A stretch of 63,599 nucleotides of DNA, the filler included, from Choristocarpus tenellus KU-1152 (Eukaryota > Protista > Phaeophyceae): assembly GCA_964200185.2 (NCBI GenBank). It is 12 parts of 12 records of this genome, joined end to end, with 100 filler letters (N's around TTAATTAATTAA, not from the genome) between each part and the next. Parts side by side here need not be neighbours in the genome. Positions count along the whole stretch, not along the records: positions 1 to 3,350 come from CAXNAD020020635.1; positions 3,451 to 8,495 come from CAXNAD020012061.1; positions 8,596 to 14,242 come from CAXNAD020010145.1; 9 more parts are not named here. One strand, given 5' to 3'. Shown here in pieces: positions 1-12,159 of the stretch. A model generated the notes under the pieces. The model saw only the letters and a list, made by a program, of their open reading frames with translations. It did not search any database and was not told the origin of the DNA. Position 1 is the first letter of the stretch. Every line of letters begins with the position of its first letter. The translations under genes were made by a program, and so were the position numbers.

Positions 1-679
1 TAACGCTTGGGGGACCCCCTCTTTTTCCTTGGATGTGGTTGTTGGGCGAAATTTTTTTTTTTTGGTCCCCCCCCCCCCCCCCCCCAGCAGGGGGATTGAC
101 TCTTGTCCTGCTGCTGCTGTTGCTGCTGCTGTTGCTGCTGCGTGATTTGTTTTGGTTCTTTCTTCAGGTCAAGATTGGACTCCGAGAGGGATCTGGATCT
201 TACGATCTGGCCAAGAACGTTGGTTTCTCTGAGGAGTCCGGAACCCTCGGGGAGATGTGAGTGAGGCCTTGAATTGAAAGCATGGCACTGAAAAATTTTG
301 CGGTCTGTAGGTAATCTTGTGACAATGTTGCTCTCCTATTAGAACATGGGTCGATTAGAACTGTGTATTCTTTACGGTATACTGATTGGTGATTCACGGG
401 CTGTGGAACGAGCCGATTGTAGTTGGTGCAGGCTTGGCATAGAATATCTGGTGTATGACTGGGTGTTGAGGTGTCCATCAAGAATTGCAAATCTCGGTTC
501 AGGTTTGAGTAATTTTTTTGTTCCTTGCATACACACCCCTTTCCCCCACCTCCCCGCGGTGCATGTGTTGGTTTCTGTTTGTCGTTTTGTGGGGAAAAGG
601 TATTCGACCATCGAGGAGAGTGACCTTGTGATTCTACTCATTGCGGATGCTGCACAGGCGGCCAATTACGAGAAAATAT

Positions 680-1420
680 TCTCCAAGATGAAAAAGGTGA
701 TAGTCGGAGACGAGTGGGGGGGGGGGGGGGGAGGGAAAGCTGAAAACTACTGCTGTACGGACAAGAGATGTGTAAATTTTTGTGAAGGTATGTGTAAGGA
801 GATTATTTGTATTTGAAGGCTGCCAATTGTGTTGGTTATTGCCTCTTTGAAATCTGCTCAGGAGAACTCCCAGTCAGTACCTCTAAATGTGCCTTTTTTA
901 AAAGTTGAATATAAATGAATTAATAGCGCATTATATTTTAGTGTATATATCAAATGGAAAATGTCTCGAACTCTAGACCTAGATGGTGGGTTCTCAGTTC
1001 TGTTGCTTTTCTGAATCTTGCAGATTCGTTCACATCCATTTTTTTTATTTGGAGTTCAAATTAAAGGGTTCGGGTTATCAAAGAAAATAAGCTGTGCAAA
1101 ATGTTCACAGTGCAAAAATTTTGATCAGTGTATTTTGGGATAATGTGTCATCTTTGGTTCCAAAAAAACAAAAAGTATAGATCATCTTCAGGGAAGTGAA
1201 AGAAAAAAAGTAGAAGAAGCGATATACCCCATGGTCGGTGGAACAGTATGGCTAACTAACTAACTAACTTACTAACTAACTTCGGAAGATTCCAATTACG
1301 GTATGAAGTGTTGGACATATACCATCAATGATATATATTTGCATATCGGAAATTATAGCCAACCATAGTTATCTCAAGGATCATGTATTCAAGCTTGTGT
1401 CCCTGGACAATCCCATCTCT
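680..1420 (-). pseudogene. Possible highly decayed APE-type LINE endonuclease remnant
   Basis: Manual minus-strand reading gives SLNT*SLR*LWLAIISDMQIYIIDGIC near 1310-1400 (like the APE N-terminal strand) and LVSDYHLF near 690-713 (like the SDH motif). Many stops and frameshifts; motif resemblance only. Confidence 0.25.
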
Positions 1421-2198
1421 ACAGTCATAGGGATTAGAGATTGGACTAGGGTTAGGGTTGGGATATTTTGGCGTGATAGTAAGAAGAGGTGAGGTTCACA
1501 CATGGACTTCTGTTATTATTTTGTTGTTGATATTGTTCTTATTCTTACTATTGTTGGTTAGGTAGGAGGACAGTAGTGCTGTCTTGGCTGGAGAGCAGAG
1601 TGCTCTGATTGTTTTCGACCTCTATGTAGTCTTGAATGGGTTTTTTGGGGTATCTCCTGGAGCGATCGATTGGGATGGATGCTTTTACCCAGTGTAGTTC
1701 TAGTTCATATTCCCTGAACCCTAAACCTAACCCGAATTCATGACCGAACCCCTTGTAGACAATCATCAAAATCATTCCTTTGTTGTATCGTAGCCTTAGC
1801 CCTAACCCTATCCCTAATAAATTCAGGGATAAAAAATCAAACTCAAGCCCACCCTGAAGCCTAACCCTAACCTCCTATCCCTAACCCTAATTCTCAAGAA
1901 CATATTGTTTATGATAGAAAACCAAGTTAATCGAATCCCAGCCCCAGCCCCAGCTCCATCTCTTTCCTACAGATTTACTAAGACTTTCTTTTTTCTCTCC
2001 AAAACGCCATGCCAGGTGTATGCCCGTTCAACTTTCCTGCGATGATCCCTTTGTGGATGTTCCCCCTTGCCATCACCTCTGGGAACTCCTTTGTCCTCAA
2101 GCCATCAGAGAGGGATCCCGGTGCGGCAATGCTCCTGGCCGATATGGCATATCAGGCCGGCCTACCCCCAGGCAAGTGAACCATTTCTTTTCTGTCGT

Positions 2199-2262
2199 TG
2201 TAGTAATAGTGGTAGTGGTAGTAGCAGTAGTAGTAGTGGTAGTGGTAGTGGTAGTGGTAGTG

Positions 2263-2293
<31 letters not shown>

Positions 2294-2346
2294 GGGTAGT
2301 AGTAGTAGTAGCAGTAGTAGTGGTAGTGGTAGTAGTAGTAGTAGTA
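2199..2346. repeat. (GTA/GTG)n microsatellite
   Basis: Directly visible. It explains the poly-V, poly-S and poly-T ORFs at 2020-2463. Confidence 0.95.
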
Positions 2347-3350
2347 TCGCTGCTGTTGTATTTTTTAAAAATTACTACTATCGTGATCAATATTGATGAG
2401 GTCGGAGTAACCCCTGATAAGCGTGATATCAATTGCTGTTTGTGTTTTATTTTTGATCCTTGACTGTTCTGAGTGTGGATTAGCAGTAGAGTTGAGTGCC
2501 TTGATTAGCGAAGGTGTAAGTTCAATATGGCAATACAACCACGGTGAAAATAACAGCAGCATTTTATTATTCCATGCGATCATCCAATGATACCAAACCA
2601 CAACAAGTAGCTTCGCACAACCTTATTGGTCCATGGTTCGTCAAGTGTTTTTTTATTCTTAGGCTGTCAGTAGTGACCAGGCGTGGACAGTGAGGCAATG
2701 TTACGATAACGGATCTCTTACCAATCTTTCAACTGCCCATGTGTTCTGCCCAGTGCATGTGTCTAGTCATGTCCTCTACTATGCTTTTTGTAGTTGAAAG
2801 TTTTTTCATGCCCCTAGTGATTTTGTTGTACATCAAGTTTCAGTTTGGTCTTTGAATTTATCAACCTAATTATTGCGCTGGTTAACTTGTTGCTGTGATA
2901 GGTGTATTAAATGTGATCCATGGGAGTAAGGCGGCTGTAGACTTCATTTGTGATGCCCCTGAGGTAGAGGCTATCTCCTTCGTAGGTGGAAATAAGGTGC
3001 GTGGAGAGGGAGTCAGGGTTGGGGTAAAGTTTAGGGCAGTTTTGTTCTGGGTTAGAGCTAGTAATAAGTAGTCCAAGTAGTTCGTTGGTTTGGCATGATA
3101 TATCCTTGTTGGAGAGTCCAATTATGGTGTACCTCAACAGAGTAAAGTACTGCACTGGGAAAAACACAGTAGTACAATCTGTACAGCCTGTACACAAGAC
3201 AATATGGTTACCTTTGAAGTTCCAGGTGTACTTGGAACTGGTACTGAGGTCATGCCAAGACTATTGGAACAGAAATAGGTTTAGGGGATGTGTGCACCAA
3301 TGAGATGACTTGTGTGTTGCACTGAGCTTAGCTCAAAACATCTGGGGGGG

Positions 3351-3450
3351 NNNNNNNNNNNNNNNNNNNNNNNNNNNNNNNNNNNNNNNNNNNNTTAATT
3401 AATTAANNNNNNNNNNNNNNNNNNNNNNNNNNNNNNNNNNNNNNNNNNNN
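3351..3450. other. Artificial contig linker (44N-TTAATTAATTAA-44N)
   Basis: The identical 100-bp structure recurs at 8496-8595, 14243-14342, 17119-17218, 20924-21023, 24088-24187, 28229-28328, 30973-31072, 42002-42101, 50281-50380 and 60783-60882. It carries stops in all six frames. Confidence 0.98.
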
Positions 3451-3518
3451 CATGGGAAGCCAAGCCCCACAAATGGACAAACAGGGAAAAAATCGTACCC
3501 TCTAAGATAGTTTCACTC
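3451..3518 (+). mobile_element. MITE family A (Sola2-like), right end truncated by contig start
   Basis: Matches the 3' end of 5446-5702 and ends ...GATAGTTTCACTC. It interrupts Copia RNase H right after KTKH. Confidence 0.85.
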
Positions 3519-5251
3519 TGTGCTTAGTTTTTCCATCAGATACTGCCTTCAGAGCAATCTTAGTTGCACCATCATTATCCTCAAACGTTGACACAGAATA
3601 ATCCTTACAACGTGGTTGCATGAACATGTATACCTGCTTGAGGAACATAACCTCTTTCCCCAACTCACACAGTGCAATATACTCGGCCTCAGCAGTAGAT
3701 AGTGTAACCGTTTTCTGCTTCCTAGACGATCAACCAACACATCCTCCCCCAAACATCACTACACCACCAGAGATACACAGTCTATTGTCCTTGCAGTTTG
3801 CATAATCAGCATCTCTATAGCCATTAACTTATCCCTCGATCCATTCCCATACAATCCAAATTCTCCAAAGGCAATGCCATGCTCTTTAGTACCTTAACAG
3901 ATACCCATTTACTCTCTTACCATTCAACCAATCAGACCAGCTTGGATTCTCCACACAAGACACATTTGGTCAAGTCATTATAGCAGCCCCTTGTATGCCA
4001 CCAACCATTGACCTGTAGCCATCCGGAACAGGCCCCTCATGTTCCACCCTCTTGTCATGGACGGTAGCTTGTAAGTCAAGCCAATACCATGTCTTTCAGT
4101 CAGCTCTCCAATGTAAGAGCTCTGGTTCACCACAAGTGTCCCAGTTTTCCTGTTCCTCCTGATCCTGCATCCCATGAATTTGGTCACCTCACCCAGACTC
4201 ACCACCGGGAACTTCTTATTAAGTCCCTCAAAGACACTCACAGCATAGCCAACCCCTGATTCCTCTGCTCTCAGCATGTCATCAGCATGAACCAATCATG
4301 ATCATCACAGCCTCACTATCCACAATCAATCTGAACAAACATGGATCTGCCTTAGATTGTTCAAATCCCAGCTCAAGCAAAGCTTCCACCAGCAGAAAAT
4401 TCCAGTTCCGAGATGCCTGGACTATCCCATACAGTGACTTCTTCAGCAATCCCACTGTTCCATCAAACTTCGCCTTCCCTTGTGGTAGTTCCACATACAG
4501 TGTTTCCTCCAATTCAGCCTGTGTGAAGGCCTTCTTTCCATCATTATGGATCAACACATAATTCAACTTCGCCACTAATGCAAGTAACACGCAAAAAGTA
4601 GCATGGGTAGGTGTCGGTGATATGACTCAAACTAATTCTTCCCCTTCCTCTGTTGAAATCAATTAACAACCAACCTGGCCTTGTACCATTCCACTTCTCC
4701 AATAGCATCCACTTTCCTGGTAAACACTATCTTAGTCCCAAGTACCTTGTGTGGTCATCAGTGGGGCAAGGTACTTGAATCCAAACTCCCCTGCTGCCTA
4801 AATCATCTGCTTCCTCATCAATAGCTCCTTTCCACAAGGGCCACTTCTCTGATTCCATCACCGCTTGCGATGTCTTAGGTTCTGGTGGGAGGAGCCTGTC
4901 TTTCCCACCATCAAGCAGACCAACCAGTCCCTGCTCATACAGTGATGCACACTCTGATGGTTCACCAGGTTCAGGTGGGGGGTCGTGGTTATGGCCCGAG
5001 AGTCTCAGCAACAACCTCCCACCACTCCCCTGCTGTGACATAGACGGATCCACAACCCCCATTCCTGTATTCAATACCCCATCAGATCCCACCATATATC
5101 TCCATCTACCTCCCGTTCATGTCCTAACACCTCAGGACTTGATACAGATCCCACAGTGCCATCTCCACCTGCGTCCTTGAGACCTCCATCACTCGAGGCT
5201 TCCTCCACTTCTTCAAACAGGAGACTCCCTCCCAAGTCCAAATCAGGCTCC

Positions 5252-6053
5252 TTGTTGTGGCGATGATGATGGGGAAGGATACACAACGCATGAGAGAAAT
5301 TTCCTTTCATGTGCCGCTATGGGGGGCTGGAAAGATGTACTACTCTCAGAAAATCACATCAGGGTGAGTTGTGATTTTCTTTATGAATCAAGATGACAAG
5401 AAGTGAAGTCAAGAAATCGAGCATGGTCATGGCAGCTCTAGTGATGAGTCAAAGTATCTTAGAGGGTAGAGACACATCCATTTGGGGGTAAAAATCCAAT
5501 GTTGCGATTTTCATGTAATTTTGGGTATCGTGTTTGCTAGGAAGTGTCAATATCCTTGTTCCGGACACCTTTTCATAATGTATGCATTTTACCTACTCCT
5601 AAACATTTCGGAGTAGGTAAATGTCATTAAAAAAAAGGTGGGAAGCCAAGCCCCAAATGGACAAACAGAGCAAAACTTGTACCCTCCAAGATATTTTCAC
5701 TCTGATGGGCTTAGATGGATTTGTGAAACAAGTTGCCGATAATCATGATAGTCCTTCCTAATCTTTTCAAGCTTTAAGGAATCATTTCACTAGAAGTGGA
5801 ATCACAGAGAGGGCGATCATGATTATCGGCATCTTGTTTCACAAATCCATTTGAGCCCATCACTAGAGCTGCCATGGCCATGCTCGATTTCTCAACTTCA
5901 CGTTCTGACCATCTTGATTCATCAAAAAAATCACAACTCAACCTGATGTGATTTTCTGAGAGTAGTACATCTTTCCAGCCTCCCATAGCGGCACACAAAA
6001 GGAAATTTCTCTCAAACGTTGCATATCCTTCCCCATCATCGTCGCCACAACAA
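5252..6053. mobile_element. Foldback element with ~240-bp inverted arms, lying within Copia pol
   Basis: 5252-5754 (minus the MITE) is the reverse complement of 5811-6053, with a ~56-bp spacer. No clear TSD. Confidence 0.8.
5446..5702 (+). mobile_element. MITE family A (Sola2-like), full copy, 257 bp
   Basis: Imperfect TIRs GAGTCAAAGTATCTTAGAGGGTA / TACCCTCCAAGATATTTTCACTC. 4-bp TSD TGAT at 5442-5445 and 5703-5706. The empty site is preserved in the other foldback arm. Confidence 0.92.
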
Positions 6054-9000
6054 AACTTTGAACTTGGATGGCAATGGTATCAATTGTGGCATTCTCTGTC
6101 CAGCTGGTGTCATCTGTTTTACGGTTCTGCTTACTGCCTCTTCATCCTCATCCTCAGACTCAACCACCCCTCCACCATCTTCAACTGTTCTTGCAGGTGT
6201 CGTTTCTCAATACTCCGCTCTTCTCGAAGTACGTTTGCTGTAACTGACGGCCGCCTTGATCATGATTCCCCCTCAAATCAATTTACGCTAGCCTTGAAAA
6301 CTTAGCGCACTTCAATAAGCAATGCTAGCTAGCATGTAAAGAAGCTGTTGTTTCCAAGACTTGTGAAAGTAAATGACTTCATTAATTCCTTATTGTGTAG
6401 AACAGGTTGTACATGAAGTAAGGAAGGTGAAAGTAGGAGTGAACATCCAAGCCCAAAGGGGGGGNNNNNNNNNNAGGCGGTGGGGGGGGGGGGGGCGGGG
6501 GGGGGAGGGGTGTGGGGGGTCCTTGTCACCAAATCATTCATATTCTAATAACTCACCACTCATTCTGTGTTATTTGCTACAACATTCCTTTTCTAGGAAT
6601 CTTCTTCTTCTACTGTAATAACCCGGATAGTATTCTCATGGTCATTCAACAGACACATTCCTATCAATTGTCCTGTTATCAAACAATAGTCCAACAACTG
6701 ATTATTTCTCCTACAGAATCCTCTTTCACACAGGAATAAAAAGCATGTTCTTGACAGATGGTCCTACCAAGGACTCTAACAATGTATGCTGAAACTCTAT
6801 CGAGCTACTCGATAATAGAGACAAAAGAAGTCAATATTGACTAATCAGGGCAACTCTCTGCTCCGCATGGTGCACTGTACCACACAGAAGTCAAACATCT
6901 TCACATGTCCTCTTGATGTCCTCCTGGAAAGTGAGAAAAACCTTTCCTATAATATAAAATAGATAACCTCACACATATTGCAATAGGTTGCATCCAACAT
7001 GGCATGATGAATTGTGGTGCCACGTCTATATGGGACAACACCTCTCTACCCTCAGCTGTGTAAGCAGTACGAATTACATCTACTTTAGCAAAAAATGATT
7101 AAAAAATATATATCGTCCTACAGTGAATGCATCATAATAATCTTGACATTGGAATTAACACAAATTTTGCACTGACAAAGAACTTCTCCAACACTGCCTG
7201 GATCCTAAATCCGTTGTTCTGAAATGGCACTCGCTCCTTTCAGGACAGTCGTTCGAGTACGATTTGAACAGAAGGGCTCTGAAAAGGAAATTTCGATGGC
7301 AATGGTGACAAAAAAAGGAACCCTTTTTTAAAACTCTTCACTCCAATACCCTCAAAACACAACCTTAATACTAAAAAAAAACTTTAACCCCATTCAAACA
7401 CGGTCTGACTCGGCGAAACATCCAACAATAATAAAAACCTGCAGCAGGGTATTGTCTTGTCTACAAAAGGAAAATCTTGAGGATCTTGATTGTGTTTAGT
7501 AGTGGGAAGAGAGAAAGCAACACACCACTCCAGTAGCACATGACTGCACCAAGCTAGATATTGCATACATAAAGAGAGGAACGTTTAGATAACTGAAATG
7601 GCGATTTTGACATGAGGAGCAAACACAAAATAGGTCACACTTTAGCACCAATGATACGAGGGTGATGTCCTCACCAGGGAGAATACGACATCCATGCGGG
7701 TGTGCCACTTTTCCTTCTCTTCATTGTTGACGTTGGGAGCAATTTCCATGAGACCCATGCTGATGGCATCGATCTGTGGATATTGGTTATCAAATTTATC
7801 AATATGAAGGGCTGTCTCTCCATCTTAGATTGGCTCACATGTTGTTTCTCCTCAAATCACAACCATGCTATTTTGAGCACAAGACAGCTAAATACGGCCC
7901 AATACAGCGCTCATGTCCAGAATGAAGGAACATAAAAAAATATTGACAAATTAATGGACAAATGGCATAACAACGACACCGATAAATAGCCTTACTTCGA
8001 GACTGATGTGGACATAATCTGTAAGTTCAGCAGAGGACAAGGCACATACGCACACGTAAAAGTTGTGAACACTAATATTGACATTGATAAGTGGTTTTTC
8101 CTCACCATTAGGTCAGCAGTATCTGCCCCCCTTTCAAACCTCCTCCAGCAACTTAGAATCGACTCATTTACATCATCACTGAAGCCGTCAAAAGCCTGTA
8201 GTTACCCGACATGTTGACATGTTGACATGTTGGCAGTGCAAACAGGTGCATATTTAGCACAACGAGAAATTATATTGCAGACACAAGCACAGATACTTCA
8301 GTTCAGTCTATTATATGGCTACGAAGCCATTGGTCAACCATGCTATGGGATGCCACACCATCCAAGCACAGGTCAAGGACTGAATGTAACTACAAAATGG
8401 ATTAAACCAAACAGTGGGTGCCCCCCCCCCCCCACTCTCCCTCCCTCCCCTGAGTGAGCTACACCTCTGTGGCAATAAATAACTTGACAGACGCCNNNNN
8501 NNNNNNNNNNNNNNNNNNNNNNNNNNNNNNNNNNNNNNNTTAATTAATTAANNNNNNNNNNNNNNNNNNNNNNNNNNNNNNNNNNNNNNNNNNNNCCCCC
8601 CAGATACTTTAAGTCGGAATGCCTGGCCCTTCAGAGGCTCTGGCAGTTACACCAGGTAGCAAGTACAGAGTAGACGCTATGAGGGTTTCTCCTCACAAGC
8701 ACCAGTATTCATGCAAGCAAACCTGGAATTGCCACAATCCGTTGTCGTAGATAGTTGCATGCTAGACGAAAGTACCTGCTGGAAAGTATGCTTTGCTGGA
8801 CTTGATGTTGCTCCCCCCTATCTACACATTTACTGTACCTCCAAGCACAAAAGAACTGGAAGCTCACTTGGAAAAGGAGACCTCTCTGAGGAAGATTGCT
8901 CAGGAGGAATGCCACCGGTGGAGCCTGTCCGAAAGTCGAAGGTCAAGGTCCACTATGTGATTGACAACTTTTTAATGGGTGGGACTCCAACTGCCCCTGG

Positions 9001-11050
9001 AGGAAGAAGAGAAGAAGAGTTGACATAGAGGTGGAAGAACATGTTCAACAATACGTACGAGAATTATAAGAAAATTTGAAGAATAAAGAGGAAATCACTG
9101 CACAAGAGATGATGGAGTTGAGGGGGTGGGTAATTGTTGCAGGGCAATGCATCCCACTGCCCCAATGCGGCAGTCCATTAATTTGTGGAAACGTTTCTCC
9201 TTGTGCATGGCTCGTGTAGGTGGAGAACGTGTAGGAAAATTTTATGCCGAGCACATTTTCCTGGTGCAAGTACGTCGCTCTTGAATTAGCCTTTGTATGC
9301 TGTTCTTCTCTCTCCAGCTGTTCAATAAAAAAAAATCCTTTGCGGCAGATAGACCAAAGTAACCATATTTCTGACTCCTAACACCCCCCGCATTTCCCAT
9401 ACACTGTTGTACCTGAATCGATGTTGGTGACAGCTTGGCCAAGCTTGCAGAGAGCAAGAGGGCATTGTCCTCACTTCACTCTTGCCTCAATGATTCCCTC
9501 ACACATACAACCAAGATGCTTCCAACTGACCGGAGACCTGCCTGTGATACTTGTGGAATAGTCAGGGAGCCTATCGCTCAAAAGAAAAATGACTGCAACA
9601 GGTGGCCAGCAGAACCACAACCAACGGAGGTACAGAGTACCTGGGGTCACCAACTGCGTGCTGGGTCCACTGAAACCAGGGAGTCAAGGCCCTTGCCTCC
9701 TCCACCCCCACTCTCAATAGATCATTTTGGTAAGAACTATGATAGGGGGTCGGAGAAAGGAAAGGCTCCAAAGACAGGGAAGCGGCAGGGACTGGTGGGA
9801 TATAGCCCACACTCAGATATTCCTGTTCCACTTTCCACACGTACAGCAGTTAGTCCAGCATGCGGGAACAGAGGTAGGAACTTCGCAACCATACCTTGTA
9901 GGCAATGTTCATCACCATCACAGGGCAGCACCAACCCTTTTATGAGGCCTGAAACACACCCTTGTGGAGCCCGTCCTCGTCCCAGACCAGCACCTTTGGA
10001 TGCCCAAGATATTCTGTGCATTAGTTGCAGAGACCAACCCAGCCTCAATTGTGTTCTTGATGTCTTATCCTCTGACCGTACCTTTGATGATTGTGTCCAG
10101 TCTCCTCTGATGGCAGCTGAACATGGGCCAATTGATCACAAGAATGACAGTCCTTTCTCAATAGGTAGCTTGAGTAGTGTACCACTATGCCTTCCATAGC
10201 ATGGAAAGTGCATCCTGCCAATTTTGAAATGGGTTTTGGTAGCTGTGTTAGTTGCTGACCTTGTACTACTGTTACATCAGTATGGTCTACCTAGAGCATA
10301 GACCAGAGATCAGCTATTAATTAAACAATTTGTCTTCTGAAGGACGATGTTGCTTGGAGGAAGCTGTGATTGTAAATTTGCATATAGTGACAGTTCTAGA
10401 ATTTGCTCAAGATGTAACAAGGAGGAAAGATCCCACGGGAAGTATGAAGGAAGCAGTCTATGAATTGTATTTACTCATACATCTCTCTTCTACTACAGAA
10501 AGGATGCCATAACCTTGAGAAAAACGTGCTGCGAGGGGCCTAGTTCTTGCAACAGCATTAATGAAGCAATGTATGGTGTTGACCGTACACAGAGTGTAAG
10601 AAATGTTTAAAAACACAAACTATCACTGTCCAAGCAGAGAAGACATACCTTCGACCTGTCATAAACTGGTTAGGTACGCCTCTTACAACAAGCCATATAA
10701 CCTCACTGTGCACACACATCTGTGTTTAAATATATTACGTATGGAGAATGGATGAGTAAGCAATCTTGTTCACTCATAATTTGTCAAATCCCCCAAACTA
10801 TGGTCTTAGTGCATTCAAGTCTGACCACAGACCCACAAGGTTCCCAGTAGCACTGCCCAGCATCCTCAGAAGTAGTATGGGTGTGACAAGGGACAGACAG
10901 TCAGCTCACAATTCTGTCGAAGGTAGATGCTTAGGCACAACGACTGCGAGGCGATTGATTACGTCACTTCAAAAGGTGTAGGAAACCTATTACTATTGTT
11001 CAGACTACCGCAACACTGACAACATACTGAAACCAAAGTAGTAGTATTCT

Positions 11051-11532
11051 ATTATTATGCCCTCTGACATTTTGCAGATGTGTCAGGGGGAAACAAATGA
11101 AAACTATATATATGTCAGTATAATAAGCCCTAGAGAAATAAAATATCATTAATGTGAAAAATACTATAAAACACTGTAAATAAATGTGAAAAACACTAAT
11201 TTGTTACTTCACCACTATCAATATTGTACTACTGCCTTCCTGTGCTTCCAATCTACCTACTCCTGCGGCCCGGGGGAGGAGCTACGGAGGCCTCCCTAGA
11301 ATCCAATAAACCCCTCTGTGCCCACCTCCCTGGTGACTCTAGCTTAAAATGCATGACACGTCTAGATAGTGCCACTTACTTGCGTATTCACCGAGACAAT
11401 TTGGCGTAGACGGAATTTGACTACTCCTTTTCTACTAAATCCTCCAGTTCCTCTTCCCTCCACGATGTGAGTAGCCAGCTCATCCAGGAAGCATTCCGCT
11501 TGCTTGCCGAGGCGCCCAAAACTTTCCACCGT
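11051..11532 (-). mobile_element. 5'-truncated 3' end of an RLE-type (CRE-like) non-LTR retrotransposon
   Basis: TVESFGRLGKQAECFLDELA resembles the C-terminal part of a restriction-like endonuclease domain. The 3' UTR ends in a CTGACA..TGTCAG hairpin plus a CATAATAAT tail. Homologous to 22969-23350 and 48460-48800. Confidence 0.75.
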
Positions 11533-12159
11533 GTTAGAAATTAAACAAAAATAGTTTATCCAACGAAGCAATAACGTAAGTTTGAAAATACGACCAATAT
11601 ATTGAAGGTTAGACTTAGGGTTAGGGTTAGTATTGCTACATATTCCGTAGTATATTGAAGGGATGTTTGCATTCACAATCGAAAGTCGTCCCTCAAAACC
11701 TTAGCTATTACGTTCCGGTGTGTCTTATGTTAAAGGGGATTAATCACCCCAGTGTACCTCCAGACACTCCTAAAAACGACGGATATTGGTGGTGGGATGG
11801 TTGTGTCTCCTCGACTTGGTGAGAAGTGATGTCAGGGACCCTGACACGTTCGTCAGATATCCTGATTGTAGAGAGTTGAGAGTTCAACCAATCTTTGCAT
11901 CAGAGGGTCAGTCGCAGTGTTGAGGTTTAAACAATGAACATCAATTCCTCCTCCAAAATTTTCCTTCTCCCATCCTTTCTTGAGCCCTTGCAAGCCAAGG
12001 TGAAATTCTCACGACTGGGTAGATTCACTTGAACTAGGTCTACGTCATGTGACAACTCCCATGAGATTTGTCAGGCGGACTTCCCATCCTCAAGCCCAGC
12101 TTACCCGTATCCGGAGCCTGTATGCTACCCACGTTGAAATACGAATAACATAACCAAAA

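Larger units (their letters stand above)
3519..7600 (-). mobile_element. Decayed Ty1/Copia LTR retrotransposon pol
   Basis: RNase H: GYRDADYAN...G*SSRKQKTVTLSTAEAEYIAL...FEDNDGA...KTKH (3519-3830). RT: KKAFTQAELEETLYVELPQG, KKSLYGIVQASRNW, ADPCLF, VHADD (3980-4830). Much weaker upstream traces: integrase LVGP (~6760), WHH-like pre-integrase (~7020), protease-like LVQSCAT (~7545). Stops and frameshifts throughout. Confidence 0.9.

Noticed and set aside
2020-2463. Poly-Val/Ser/Thr ORFs
   Set aside because: Translations of a GTA/GTG microsatellite.
9435-10199. 254-aa ORF with CxxC pairs, possibly a retrotransposon gag remnant
   Set aside because: Non-ATG start, no complete zinc knuckle and no recognisable pol downstream; it cannot be assigned.
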